This document shows, piece after piece, positions 39,146 to 48,570 of a stretch of 64,000 nt of DNA. The stretch is from Flavobacterium sp. (GTDB taxonomy: Bacteria; Bacteroidota; Bacteroidia; Flavobacteriales; Flavobacteriaceae): positions 6,075 through 70,074 of the forward strand of contig NZ_JBIKRX010000001.1 in assembly GCF_044348915.1 (NCBI RefSeq), read 5' to 3'. How positions within the stretch are numbered: the first letter of the stretch is position 1; each line of letters starts with the position of its first letter. The notes under the pieces were generated by a model. The model ran no database searches. It was not told where the DNA came from and saw nothing but the letters and a program-made list of their open reading frames with translations. A program made the position numbers and the translations under genes.

Positions 39146-39526
39146 ATGGAAGAAGTAGAATCTACAATTTCAAAAAGTCAACCAAGATTGACATTAAGAC
39201 AAGTTGCAGCAGAATTAAATTACAAGGATGAATTAGCCACACGTAGATGGTTAAAAAAGAATGGAATTCAAAAACATCGCCTTGCTAAGGAAAATTTTGT
39301 TTATCAAATCGAATTTGATTTAGTATTCGATAGACCGTATGTAAACAGTCTTAGAATGAAGCATCCACAAAAGTGGAAGGAAATATATCGCCGTGCTTGC
39401 AAAGACGATACCTTATATGAATTAATGGTGATGGAGATAGAGGAATCAACACCTCGTATTCCAATGACTAAAGTGAGTTTGAGAAGTAAATCAGATGATA
39501 AGCGTTATAAATCCTTATTAGTATGA
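39146..39526 (+). CDS. Excisionase-like HTH protein
   Basis: LTLRQVAAELNYKDELATRRWLKKNGI HTH; stop overlaps the integrase start. Confidence 0.65.
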   Translation: MEEVESTISKSQPRLTLRQVAAELNYKDELATRRWLKKNGIQKHRLAKENFVYQIEFDLVFDRPYVNSLRMKHPQKWKEIYRRACKDDTLYELMVMEIEESTPRIPMTKVSLRSKSDDKRYKSLLV

Positions 39527-40791
39527 GTGTTTTAAAACTTCCAAAGAATCCATATAAAGGATTAAAACTATTCTGTAAAAAGTGCAGAGTTGATAACCCA
39601 AAATGTAATCATCATGATAGGATAATATATAGGGTCAGAGTTCACGTTCCAGGTACAGATAAAGATATTAAATCCAAAATGTTATCCGCTACCAACTATG
39701 AGGATGCGGTTGCAGAAACCATCGAGTTTGAAAAAGAACTCAAGTCAAACGGTTATGAAACGATAAAACCGAAAGTAGACGAAGGAAATGATTATTCTGT
39801 TACAGGTGCAATTATGAAATTTGACTATTATTTAAGGGGAGAATCTGAGTACGCTCACCTTAGAAAGAATGTTACCAAGGGTCATATTGATGAAATGTTT
39901 CGTTTCTGCAGATTCTTTGCCAATTCATTAAAGCAGAAATATGACATTCAGAGGATGAGAATCGTTGATGTTTCCCAACAGGATGTGGCTGATTTTTATG
40001 TTTGGGCTGAAGAACATTACGCACCTAAGACATTCAATAAATGTTTGGCTGGCTTGAAAACGTTTTTTGATTTCTTAATTGAGGTTGAAGAAGTAGAGAT
40101 GAAGAACCCATTTAGAAAGTACGTTAGGAAGTATGTTCCGCAGTCTGATATTCAAACAATAAATCAAGACCAGTTTGAAGCAATTTTAAATTCAATTGAT
40201 ACTTACACCCCATATTCTGTTTTGGGAGGTAGAGGAGAGAGGAAAAACTTATATCGACCTTATTTGAAGGATGGGTTCAAATTATTTTTATTGTCAGGTG
40301 GCAGAAGAGAGGAAGTTCTTAATATGCGATGGAATAATATATTTAAAACCCCGGACAATCATTTATTTTTCAGAATAGTAAATTTGAAGGTATCAAGGAT
40401 TATGAAAAAGGAGTTGGTTTATAAGTTCATTCCAATTAATGCGGACTTACTAGAATTTCTATATGAGTTAGGTTTTGAAGAAAAACGTAACACAGGCGAG
40501 TACATTTTGTATCCTCAGCGTTATGAAAAATCTGAAACCATGATGGACATCATAAGTAAAGCATTTACTCATTATAGAATTGGTGCTGGCGTGGAAGTGG
40601 ATTTAAGTCTTAAAGACCTTCGTAAAACATTTATTAGCTGGGTTAAAGTAGAAATGGGAGATGAAACCGGACTAATTACGTCTCATTCTACAAATGGGGT
40701 ACTAGAGAAGTATTATTTAGACCCCAAACTATTGTCTTCAATTGAAAAAGCAGCACTTAATGTTCGGGTATTTGGAAAGAATAAACCATAA
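39523..40791 (+). CDS. Tyrosine integrase of the element
   Basis: SAM-like region (APKTFNKCLAGLKTFFDFL), catalytic GGRREEV, KDLRKT, SHS, EKYY; 1.5 kb from the tRNA att. Confidence 0.9.
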   Translation: MSVLKLPKNPYKGLKLFCKKCRVDNPKCNHHDRIIYRVRVHVPGTDKDIKSKMLSATNYEDAVAETIEFEKELKSNGYETIKPKVDEGNDYSVTGAIMKFDYYLRGESEYAHLRKNVTKGHIDEMFRFCRFFANSLKQKYDIQRMRIVDVSQQDVADFYVWAEEHYAPKTFNKCLAGLKTFFDFLIEVEEVEMKNPFRKYVRKYVPQSDIQTINQDQFEAILNSIDTYTPYSVLGGRGERKNLYRPYLKDGFKLFLLSGGRREEVLNMRWNNIFKTPDNHLFFRIVNLKVSRIMKKELVYKFIPINADLLEFLYELGFEEKRNTGEYILYPQRYEKSETMMDIISKAFTHYRIGAGVEVDLSLKDLRKTFISWVKVEMGDETGLITSHSTNGVLEKYYLDPKLLSSIEKAALNVRVFGKNKP

Positions 40792-40812
40792 GTACGAGTT
40801 GTACAAAATTTA

Positions 40813-40872
40813 AATTTGAATGAACCTCAGATGGAAATCTGAGGTTTTTTTATGGTAGTTCAGAAAAATCCT
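40813..40872 (+). terminator. Integrase terminator hairpin; first copy of a 60-bp repeat (partner 42111..42170)
   Basis: aacctcaga-tggaaa-tctgaggttttttt; 50/60 identical to the partner. Confidence 0.75.
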
Positions 40873-41036
40873 TTTAATCCCTCTGTTTTGTAGATCGGCA
40901 AGAGTTTTTGTTTTAAGGTAATACTACCTTGTTTAGCGTTGATAATAATAAAAAAGGTTATTCTACTTTGAATAACATGTCTAGCTCTAAATTAATTTCT
41001 TTAGTTTATATTTGTAGGAATCCTAAATTTATAATT

Positions 41037-41498
41037 ATGAAAAAAATATTTTTTTTATTAATACTGCTTGTAAATGCATTTTTTGCAACCGCACAAACTA
41101 ATTCAATAGGTAAACCCCCGAAAAATACCTGGAAGATTTTAATTAAAAATTCTAATACTAAAGAAGTTAATTATAAACTAGTTGGGCAAACAATCATAGA
41201 TAATGACCTTTCAATTGAAAAAAGAGATGAAGAATATCTGATTATGACAACAAGTCCAAAACTTACTGAAAATGAATCGAGTATTTTTTATCTAAAGATT
41301 ATTGCAAAAGATAATTTAATTACAATAACAGGTATGGCAAAATCACGTATAAATACTAATTTAGTTGGTATAGACGAAGAATATTCGAAAATTATCAATA
41401 AAGGCATGAGTGGTTCAATTTTGAAAGACCAATTTAACTCCATGTTAAATTTCGCAAAACTATTTACCAATTCAGAATTTGAATTTATATCAGAATAA
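41037..41498 (+). CDS. Secreted hypothetical protein (probable start MKKIFFLL)
   Basis: Signal peptide; TATATTTG promoter element at 41007-41014. Confidence 0.75.
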   Translation: MKKIFFLLILLVNAFFATAQTNSIGKPPKNTWKILIKNSNTKEVNYKLVGQTIIDNDLSIEKRDEEYLIMTTSPKLTENESSIFYLKIIAKDNLITITGMAKSRINTNLVGIDEEYSKIINKGMSGSILKDQFNSMLNFAKLFTNSEFEFISE

Positions 41499-41591
41499 AC
41501 TTTTTCACCACTAATTATATTACCAACATATACTCAAAATATAATTGAGTAAATTGTATGTTATATTTGATTTAGTCCCAATTAATAACTT

Positions 41592-42071
41592 ATGAAAAAA
41601 ATATTATTTTTATTATTACTTTCCAATGCATTTGCAAATGCTCAAAACCCTAATTTTAAAGTTGACAACGGTACATTAATTTGGCAATGGATTTATGAAG
41701 ATTCATTAGATGTAAACAATCTTAAGCAGAATCTTAAATTAGATTTTATAACTGATACAACTGGAAAATTAAAAAGAACAAATTTCAACGATAAAAATTT
41801 ACGTGAACAAATAGCCGAATTTAAAATTGAACAAAAACAAGGAAGATATAGAGTGACAATGTTCAATATTAAGATAATTCCAATGCAAATATCCTTGGAC
41901 TTAGGAGGTGTCTCTTCTTTACCCGATGATTTATTATCCCTAGAAGCCGTACTAATAAAAAAGGACGGTTCTATAAGAGCCGCACTCTGGGGATATAATA
42001 TGACTGAGGTTCTACATAAACACTATCTTAATTTATTTTCCAAGAAAGAAAAAGCAAAAGACGATTGGTAG
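41592..42071 (+). CDS. Secreted hypothetical protein (possibly DUF4468-like)
   Basis: Signal peptide MKKILFLLLLSNAFANA; C-terminal KDDW; TATATTTG at 41562-41569. Confidence 0.7.
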   Translation: MKKILFLLLLSNAFANAQNPNFKVDNGTLIWQWIYEDSLDVNNLKQNLKLDFITDTTGKLKRTNFNDKNLREQIAEFKIEQKQGRYRVTMFNIKIIPMQISLDLGGVSSLPDDLLSLEAVLIKKDGSIRAALWGYNMTEVLHKHYLNLFSKKEKAKDDW

Positions 42072-42110
42072 AGACATTATTTTTTTTGTATTAACTCCAA
42101 TCGCAATGAT

Positions 42111-42170
42111 AATTTGAATTAACCTCAGGTAAAAATCTGAGGTTTTTTTGTTTTTGTTCAAAAAAATTCT
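42111..42170 (+). terminator. Second copy of the 60-bp terminator repeat
   Basis: aacctcag-gtaaaaat-ctgaggttttttt; abuts the arm repeats. Confidence 0.75.
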
Positions 42171-42193
42171 TCCTCACGCAGTTTCCTCACGCA
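42171..42193. repeat. Arm-type repeat, right end
   Basis: Identical to 29638..29660. Confidence 0.85.
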
Positions 42194-42275
42194 GAAGAAT
42201 GGAGGTAGTGTTTTATTAGTCATTAAAATCCATTAAAAAACCCCTAACACTTTGGTGTTAGGGGTTTTACTTTAG

Positions 42276-42349
42276 TAGCGAGACCGAGATTTGAACTCGG
42301 GACCTCAGGGTTATGAATCCTGCGCTCTAACCGACTGAGCTATCTCGCC
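42276..42349 (-). tRNA. tRNA with CAT anticodon (Met; Ile2 not excluded), CCA not encoded
   Basis: ggcgagatagctcagtcggttagagcgcaggattcataaccctgaggtcccgagttcaaatctcggtctcgcta. Confidence 0.93.
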
Positions 42350-42504
42350 AAAATTTTAAGATGTAAACCATCTTTCATTGCGGGTGCAAATATAAAAATT
42401 AAATTAGAGGTTACAAGCATATATTAAATAAAAAAAAATATTTTTAAAAAGACTTTTTTTTTGGGTTTATATTCTATACTTTTCCAAAAAATTAATTCTG
42501 ACTA

Positions 42505-42897
42505 ATGGATTCAAAAATACGATACGAAATAGAATTTCCTATAAACTCGTCGCCCCAATTGTTGTACCAATATATTTCGACGTCTTCGGGCTTGTCAGAG
42601 TGGTTTGCAGATAATGTCAATTCTCGTGGAGAGTTTTTTACCTTCATTTGGAATGATTCAGAAGAAAAAGCCAGACTTGCATCCAAAAAGTCAGGAGAGA
42701 AAGTTCGATTCAAATGGGTGGACGAAAATAATAAAGACACAGAGTACTATTTTGAACTCGGGATTTTAGTAGACGAAATTACAAAAGACGTTTCTTTGAT
42801 GGTTATTGATTTTGCGGATAAAAGTGAAATGGACGAAGCGAAGCTTCTTTGGGAAAACCAAATTTCAGATCTTAAACACGTAATAGGTTCGGTTTAG
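42505..42897 (+). CDS. START-like domain protein
   Basis: LLYQYIST...GLSEWFADNVNSRG...FKW. Confidence 0.8.
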   Translation: MDSKIRYEIEFPINSSPQLLYQYISTSSGLSEWFADNVNSRGEFFTFIWNDSEEKARLASKKSGEKVRFKWVDENNKDTEYYFELGILVDEITKDVSLMVIDFADKSEMDEAKLLWENQISDLKHVIGSV

Positions 42898-42958
42898 TGA
42901 AATTGTATTTTATAGCTTATATTTGTCCCGATTTAATCGGGACTTTTTTTTGATTTTT

Positions 42959-43798
42959 ATGATAAATTTTAATGGAGCTGTTGTGTCTACTGACGCAAGT
43001 TTGTTGACTCAAAATCGTGCATTTTTGTACGGAGATGCTGTTTTTGAAACAGTTAAAATAGTAAATTCTAAAATTCTCTTTTTGGAAGACCATTATTTTA
43101 GATTGATGTCTTCTATGCGAATTGTTCGAATGGAGATTCCGATGAATTTTACGATGGAATTTATTGAAGAACAAATCATTACATTGGCCAAGGTTAACAA
43201 TCTCGAAGATTCTTCGCGCGCGCGAATTACAGTTTATCGCAACGATGGTGGTTATTATCTGCCGCAGAACAATTCGGTTTCCTATTTAATTCAGGTTGAG
43301 AAGTTGGATAATACAACCTATTCTATTGTTGAAAAAGAGTACGTTGTTGATTTGTATACCGATTTTTATGTGGCGAAACAGCTGCTTTCGGCAATAAAAA
43401 CAACGAATAAAATACTCAATATCACAGCAAGTATCTATGCCAGCGAAAATGGTTTAGATAATTGTTTGTTGTTGAATGATAGTAAGAATGTAATCGAAGC
43501 TTTGCAGGCTAATTTATTTATGCTCAAAGGGAAAATGTTGGTTACACCGCCAGTTTCTGAAGGTTGTTTGAATGGGGTGATGCGAAAACAAATCTTGAAT
43601 TTGGCTCGAACGATCGAAAATTTGGAAGTAATTGAAGCTGCAATCTCGCCTTTCGAACTGCAAAAAGCGGATGAATTGTTTATTACTAATGTGATAAAGG
43701 GTATTCAACCAATTACGAAATACCGTAAAAAGGAATTTACAACAGATTTTTCTAAAAAAATGCTGCAGAAATTAAACGAAATGGTCAGTTTGAATTAG
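42959..43798 (+). CDS. Class IV aminotransferase / aminodeoxychorismate lyase-like
   Basis: NRAFLYGDAVFET, IKT, GCLNGVMR, ADELFITN. Confidence 0.88.
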   Translation: MINFNGAVVSTDASLLTQNRAFLYGDAVFETVKIVNSKILFLEDHYFRLMSSMRIVRMEIPMNFTMEFIEEQIITLAKVNNLEDSSRARITVYRNDGGYYLPQNNSVSYLIQVEKLDNTTYSIVEKEYVVDLYTDFYVAKQLLSAIKTTNKILNITASIYASENGLDNCLLLNDSKNVIEALQANLFMLKGKMLVTPPVSEGCLNGVMRKQILNLARTIENLEVIEAAISPFELQKADELFITNVIKGIQPITKYRKKEFTTDFSKKMLQKLNEMVSLN

Positions 43799-44355
43799 TT
43801 GTAAGAAGGGTTTTCGGGTGCATTCACCCAAAGTAAGTATTCGCCACCTAGCTCCATAATTTGTTTTTTCCAAAAGTGGCTAGACGATTTTCCAAGTATT
43901 TTGTTTTCATAGTTGTTTTTGGCAACAATCCAGGAACTTTCGGCCATTTCAGATTCTAGCTGATCTTCGTCCCAACCCGTGTATCCTAGAAAAAAACGAA
44001 TATTATTCTTGTTTATCTTACCCTCATTGATAAGGCCTTTGGTGATTTCATATTCTCCGCCCCAATATATACCATTAGATATTTCAATGCTATTCGGGAT
44101 TAAATCGGGTACGTTATGAATAAAATAGAGATTGTCTTGTTCGACTGGACCACCATTGTATATTTTTAAATTGGCTTTGATGTCAGGAATCAAATCATTA
44201 ATGGTGTATTTTAATGGTTTATTGATAATAAAACCTACAGACCCTTTTTTATCGTGATCCGCTAGTAAAATTACGGACCTATTGAACGACAAATCTCCAA
44301 TTATAGAAGGCTCTGCAATCAGTAATTTCCCTTTTTTTAATTTTTCTGAAATCAT
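43795..44355 (-). CDS. YqgE/AlgH family protein
   Basis: FNRSVILL, GGPVEQD, RFFLGYTGW...QLE. Confidence 0.92.
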   Translation of the reverse strand: MISEKLKKGKLLIAEPSIIGDLSFNRSVILLADHDKKGSVGFIINKPLKYTINDLIPDIKANLKIYNGGPVEQDNLYFIHNVPDLIPNSIEISNGIYWGGEYEITKGLINEGKINKNNIRFFLGYTGWDEDQLESEMAESSWIVAKNNYENKILGKSSSHFWKKQIMELGGEYLLWVNAPENPSYN

Positions 44356-44472
44356 AGGTCTTATTTTTAACTAAATTTAGTAAATATTGCCTGAGGAAAC
44401 CAAATATTTTCGATAAAATGCAAAAAAAAACCTTCCAGAGGAAGGTTTAATGTTATTTTACGAAAGCTTTAA

Positions 44473-44745
44473 TTAGTTTACAGCTCCTTCTAATTCAGCT
44501 CCAGCTTTAAATTTCACTACATTTTTAGCAGCAATTTTTATTGTTTTTCCTGTTTGAGGATTTCTACCATCTCTTGCAGCTCTTGAAGAAACTGACCAAG
44601 ATCCGAAACCTACTAAAGATACTCTTCCACCTTTTTTCAAAGTACTACCTACGTTTCCTAAAAAAGATTCTAAAGCTAGTTTAGCAGCAGCTTTTGTAAT
44701 TCCTGCATCAGCAGCGATAGCGTCGATTAATTCTGATTTGTTCAT
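44473..44745 (-). CDS. hup: DNA-binding protein HU
   Basis: MNKSELIDAIA, LVGFGSW, GRNPQTG. Confidence 0.95.
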   Translation of the reverse strand: MNKSELIDAIAADAGITKAAAKLALESFLGNVGSTLKKGGRVSLVGFGSWSVSSRAARDGRNPQTGKTIKIAAKNVVKFKAGAELEGAVN

Positions 44746-44927
44746 AATTTTAAGTTATTAAATGTTGGTTAAAAAAAATTTGTTAATAGTAACAAAATTA
44801 GTAGGAATAACTTCCCTTACAAGTGTTTTGATTATTTTTAGCTTATTTTGTTAATAACTTGTTTTTTTTGTTCATAAACCAATGTAAATTCTTCTAAAAC
44901 AGCCCGAAAACACCCGCTTTTGTTGGT

Positions 44928-45875
44928 CTAAACCACTTTTGCAGCCTCAGAAAAAGTCATTCCGTTTAGTAATTCTCCTATATTCATCTTCTTTTTTCCT
45001 GGAAATTGAAGGCTAATGACCTGAATATACCCGCCATGGACTGTAATTAGCATTTCTTTTTTACCGCAAATCAGACTTCCCGGACTATGATTGTGGCTTT
45101 CTAAAATCAATTTTGCTTCGTGAATTTTTACATTCCACTCTTCGTTTTTATCCTGGAAAAAACACCAAGCAGACGGATAGGGGCTTAAACCTCGTATTAA
45201 ATTATAAATTTCCGTTCCCGATTTGGACCAATCGATTTTGCAATTTTCTTTATTTAATTTGTATGCGGTTTTTATTTCTGGATTTTCTTTTTGTATTATA
45301 GTGCTAACATTTCCTTTTTCGATCAAGGTCAAAGTGTCTATTACAGTTTGGCTTCCCAACAGCATTAAACGGTCATGCAATTGTCCAGCATTTTCTTCAG
45401 CACCAATTTCTGTTTCAGCGCTAAGAATCATAGCGCCAGTATCAATTTTGTCATCTATAAAGAAAGTAGTTACTCCCGTTTTTGTATCACCATTAATTAT
45501 AGCCCAATTGATGGGTGCTGCTCCGCGGTAATTGGGTAGGAGGGAAGCGTGAAGGTTGAATGTTCCTAATGTAGGCATTCTCCAAACCAGTTCAGGCAAC
45601 ATCCTGAAAGCAACAACGATTTGTAAATTGGCATTTAACCCTTCTAGTTCGGATAGAAAGCCTGGGTCTTTCAAATTAGTGGGCTGTAATAAAGTTAGAT
45701 TATTGGCTAACGCATATTCTTTTACAGCGGAATATTTTATTTTCTGACCTCGACCTGCTGGTTTGTCGGCTGCGGTAATGACACCTACTACAGTATAGTT
45801 GTTTTTGATTATGGTGTCTAGAATGCCCACGGCAAATTCTGGCGTTCCCATAAATACGATTCTTAATTTTTCCAT
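44928..45875 (-). CDS. fmt: Methionyl-tRNA formyltransferase (probable start MEKLRI)
   Basis: FMGTPEFA, NLHASLLPNYRGAAPINWA, IRGLSPYP. Confidence 0.95.
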   Translation of the reverse strand: MEKLRIVFMGTPEFAVGILDTIIKNNYTVVGVITAADKPAGRGQKIKYSAVKEYALANNLTLLQPTNLKDPGFLSELEGLNANLQIVVAFRMLPELVWRMPTLGTFNLHASLLPNYRGAAPINWAIINGDTKTGVTTFFIDDKIDTGAMILSAETEIGAEENAGQLHDRLMLLGSQTVIDTLTLIEKGNVSTIIQKENPEIKTAYKLNKENCKIDWSKSGTEIYNLIRGLSPYPSAWCFFQDKNEEWNVKIHEAKLILESHNHSPGSLICGKKEMLITVHGGYIQVISLQFPGKKKMNIGELLNGMTFSEAAKVV

Positions 45876-45920
45876 TTTCATTGTGAGGAGTTGCGAGGCA
45901 CGAAGCAAAGCAATCTCCTC

Positions 45921-47813
45921 TTATTTAAGTGAATATTTATTGTTAGATTTTATAGCAATTTTATTATTTTCTAATAAATTTTGCAGTGCAAAGATAATAT
46001 CGTCTTCGCTTATTTTGGTCAGTTTTTGAATTTCTCTCGAATTCAAGTCTTGAATTTTTAGCAAGGCAAGGATTTTCTCTGCAATAGGCGAATTGTCGCT
46101 TGGTTTTCGTTTTTTGGTAATACAATAGGAACATATTCCACAATCGTTTTCGGTTTTTTCGCCGAAGTATTCCAATATCAATTTGCTTTTGCAATTTTTC
46201 TTGTCGTTGGTATAATGTAAAACCGATTCGAATTGGGCTATTTTTTGTTTGTTTTGGTTTTCAAGGTATTTCGAAACACGGTTTATAGTTCTTTCGTCTT
46301 CTCGGACTTCGTTGAAAATAATCGTGGCATCATTTGTTTTTTTATGATAGTCAATGATTTCCATACGTTGCAGTTTTTCGAAAGTAGCGAGGATTAGGGT
46401 TTCCTCACAATTCGATTTTTTTACCATTAAAGGTAAATTAATGGCAGTTTGTGATTCGTATATTCCTGGATACGTTCGAAGTAGCGACAAGATGATAGAT
46501 TCTTCATGTGGGTTTAGACTCATATAGCGAATAACTTCCTTGGATTCGATTATAAATTGCATCGTAATCTTTTCGGAATATTCTTGAGACAAACTCAAAA
46601 TGCCTTGACGGTCTAAAAACTGAATCGCATTGAAGGTTTTCAAGGTTGGAAATCCATATTTTTGACAAAAATGGTTCAGATTGAATGAAAATTGTTCGTT
46701 GATGCCTTCGCCATACGCAATGCGGAAATAGGTGCACAATTTAATATAGATTTGCGTAAGAATGGTTTTGTCAGGCAAAACGTTGATAAACTGACTTTGC
46801 GCTTGAATTTTATCGGATTTACTCGTGAGTAGCACGGCAAAAGCTTTCTCGTTATCTCTGCCGGCCCGTCCTGCTTCTTGATAATAGCTTTCCATGCTTT
46901 CTGGCAAGTGAATGTGAATCACTGTTTTTACGTTCGATTTGTCTATTCCCATGCCAAAGGCATTGGTCGAAACCATAATCTGGACTTCTTCATTCATCCA
47001 AAGGTTCATGTTTTTCTCCTTTTCCTTTATGGATAGTCCACCGTGATAAAAAGTAGCTTTGAAGCCTAAAGATTGTAGCTGCGAGGCGGTGTCGGAACAG
47101 GATTTTCTATTTCGGACATATATAATAGAAGGTTGTTGGTTTTTCTTCAGGATTTGCTCCAGACGATACAATTTATCTTCTACTTCAAAAACCATATACG
47201 CTATGTTTTTTCGAGCAAATGATTTCGTGAATACTGCAGGATTTTCTAATCCCAATTGCTGAATGATATCGTCAAGTACCGTCTTCGTCGCCGAAGCGGT
47301 CAAGGCTAGAAAGGGAACTTTTGGAAAATGAGTTTTTAGATTGGCAATTTTCAAATAAGCTGGTCGAAAATCGTGTCCCCATTGCGAAACACAATGCGCT
47401 TCATCAATGGCAATGAGATTGATTGGTAAATTTTTGATACGTTCCAAAATCCAATCGGATTGCAAACGTTCAGGAGATAAATACAAGAATTTATAATTGC
47501 CAAATTCGCAATTATCTAGAAGGACAATCATTTCGTCTGATTGAATTCCGCCAGTCAAGGCAATTGCTTTGATGCCCAAATCTTGCAATCGCTGCACTTG
47601 GTCTTTCATTAAGGCGACTAAGGGTGAAATCACCAAACATATTCCGTCTTTCATCAGAGCAGGAACCTGAAAACAGATTGATTTACCGCCGCCAGTTGGC
47701 ATTAGGCCAAAAGTGTCTTTGCCGTCTAAAACCGAATTGATAATTTCGTCTTGCGGCGACCTAAATGTGTCGTGTTTCCAGTATTTTTGAAGAATTGCTA
47801 ATGCTTCTTGCAT
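45921..47813 (-). CDS. recQ: RecQ-family DNA helicase
   Basis: PTGGGKS, DEAHCVSQWGHDFRP, TAS, YYQEAGRAGRD, C-terminal Cys cluster. Confidence 0.93.
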   Translation of the reverse strand: MQEALAILQKYWKHDTFRSPQDEIINSVLDGKDTFGLMPTGGGKSICFQVPALMKDGICLVISPLVALMKDQVQRLQDLGIKAIALTGGIQSDEMIVLLDNCEFGNYKFLYLSPERLQSDWILERIKNLPINLIAIDEAHCVSQWGHDFRPAYLKIANLKTHFPKVPFLALTASATKTVLDDIIQQLGLENPAVFTKSFARKNIAYMVFEVEDKLYRLEQILKKNQQPSIIYVRNRKSCSDTASQLQSLGFKATFYHGGLSIKEKEKNMNLWMNEEVQIMVSTNAFGMGIDKSNVKTVIHIHLPESMESYYQEAGRAGRDNEKAFAVLLTSKSDKIQAQSQFINVLPDKTILTQIYIKLCTYFRIAYGEGINEQFSFNLNHFCQKYGFPTLKTFNAIQFLDRQGILSLSQEYSEKITMQFIIESKEVIRYMSLNPHEESIILSLLRTYPGIYESQTAINLPLMVKKSNCEETLILATFEKLQRMEIIDYHKKTNDATIIFNEVREDERTINRVSKYLENQNKQKIAQFESVLHYTNDKKNCKSKLILEYFGEKTENDCGICSYCITKKRKPSDNSPIAEKILALLKIQDLNSREIQKLTKISEDDIIFALQNLLENNKIAIKSNNKYSLK

Positions 47814-47895
47814 CTTTCGGTTTAAAGTTTAAAGTTTAAAGTTCGGGCTCGAATTTAAGTTAAATAACCTTAAATCTTAAACTTTAAACAATTTA

Positions 47896-48450
47896 CTAAA
47901 TTTGGTCTAAGATAAATAAAATTCTGTTATCAAGGCTGTCTTTTGGAACTTCTATTAGTTCATAGCCGTAACTTTTGTAGGTTTCTACCAGGTGATTATG
48001 AATGAGTTTGGCCTGTTCGAAGTTCTCATAACGGGCTTCATCGCTTACATAGATTTCTTCCCAAGGCGGAAGAATGAAAATTTTTGTATACACATTTTCG
48101 CGACAAGCCAAGTCGAAATGAGCAGGATAACTATCGCCAATATAGTGCATATAGGCTAGAACATCTGGAATTCCGCGATCGATAAAAACAATCTCCTGTT
48201 TTTCATCTGAAGCGTCTGTGTATTGCTTCTTTCTGCCTTCAAGAAGTAATTCGCTGAAAAGCAATGGATTTTCAAGGAACAACTGTTCGATGCCTTGTTT
48301 TTTGGCTTCTAAGGTTACTTGTCTTGAAATTTCAGGATAACAACAAAAACCTTTTGCTACCAATCCATCGATGATAGTACTTTTGCCAGTGCCTGGTCCG
48401 CCGATGATGACTATAATTTCTTTGCTCACGTTATCCAAAATAAGCCGCAA
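47896..48450 (-). CDS. NadR/AAA_28-type P-loop ATPase or kinase
   Basis: GGPGTGKST, FIDRGIPDV, ILPPWEEIY..D..R.E. Confidence 0.82.
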   Translation of the reverse strand: MRLILDNVSKEIIVIIGGPGTGKSTIIDGLVAKGFCCYPEISRQVTLEAKKQGIEQLFLENPLLFSELLLEGRKKQYTDASDEKQEIVFIDRGIPDVLAYMHYIGDSYPAHFDLACRENVYTKIFILPPWEEIYVSDEARYENFEQAKLIHNHLVETYKSYGYELIEVPKDSLDNRILFILDQI

Positions 48451-48570
48451 ATTTACCTAAAGTTATTCGGAATTGGAAAGATTTTGCCAACTTATGCGTT
48501 GGTTTGTTTTCTAAACTAGTAAAAGTCAAATGTAAATTTGTTTTTCTATAAGATTCAACCCAAAATCTGC

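Larger units (their letters stand above)
29559..42274. mobile_element. Integrative element at tRNA-Met (about 12.7 kb)
   Basis: 45-bp perfect flanking repeats, integrase plus Xis-like gene near the tRNA end, matching internal arm-type repeats. Confidence 0.9.

Noticed and set aside
29559-42274. Calling the element a prophage or ICE
   Set aside because: No structural, packaging, lysis, relaxase or T4SS genes were recognisable.
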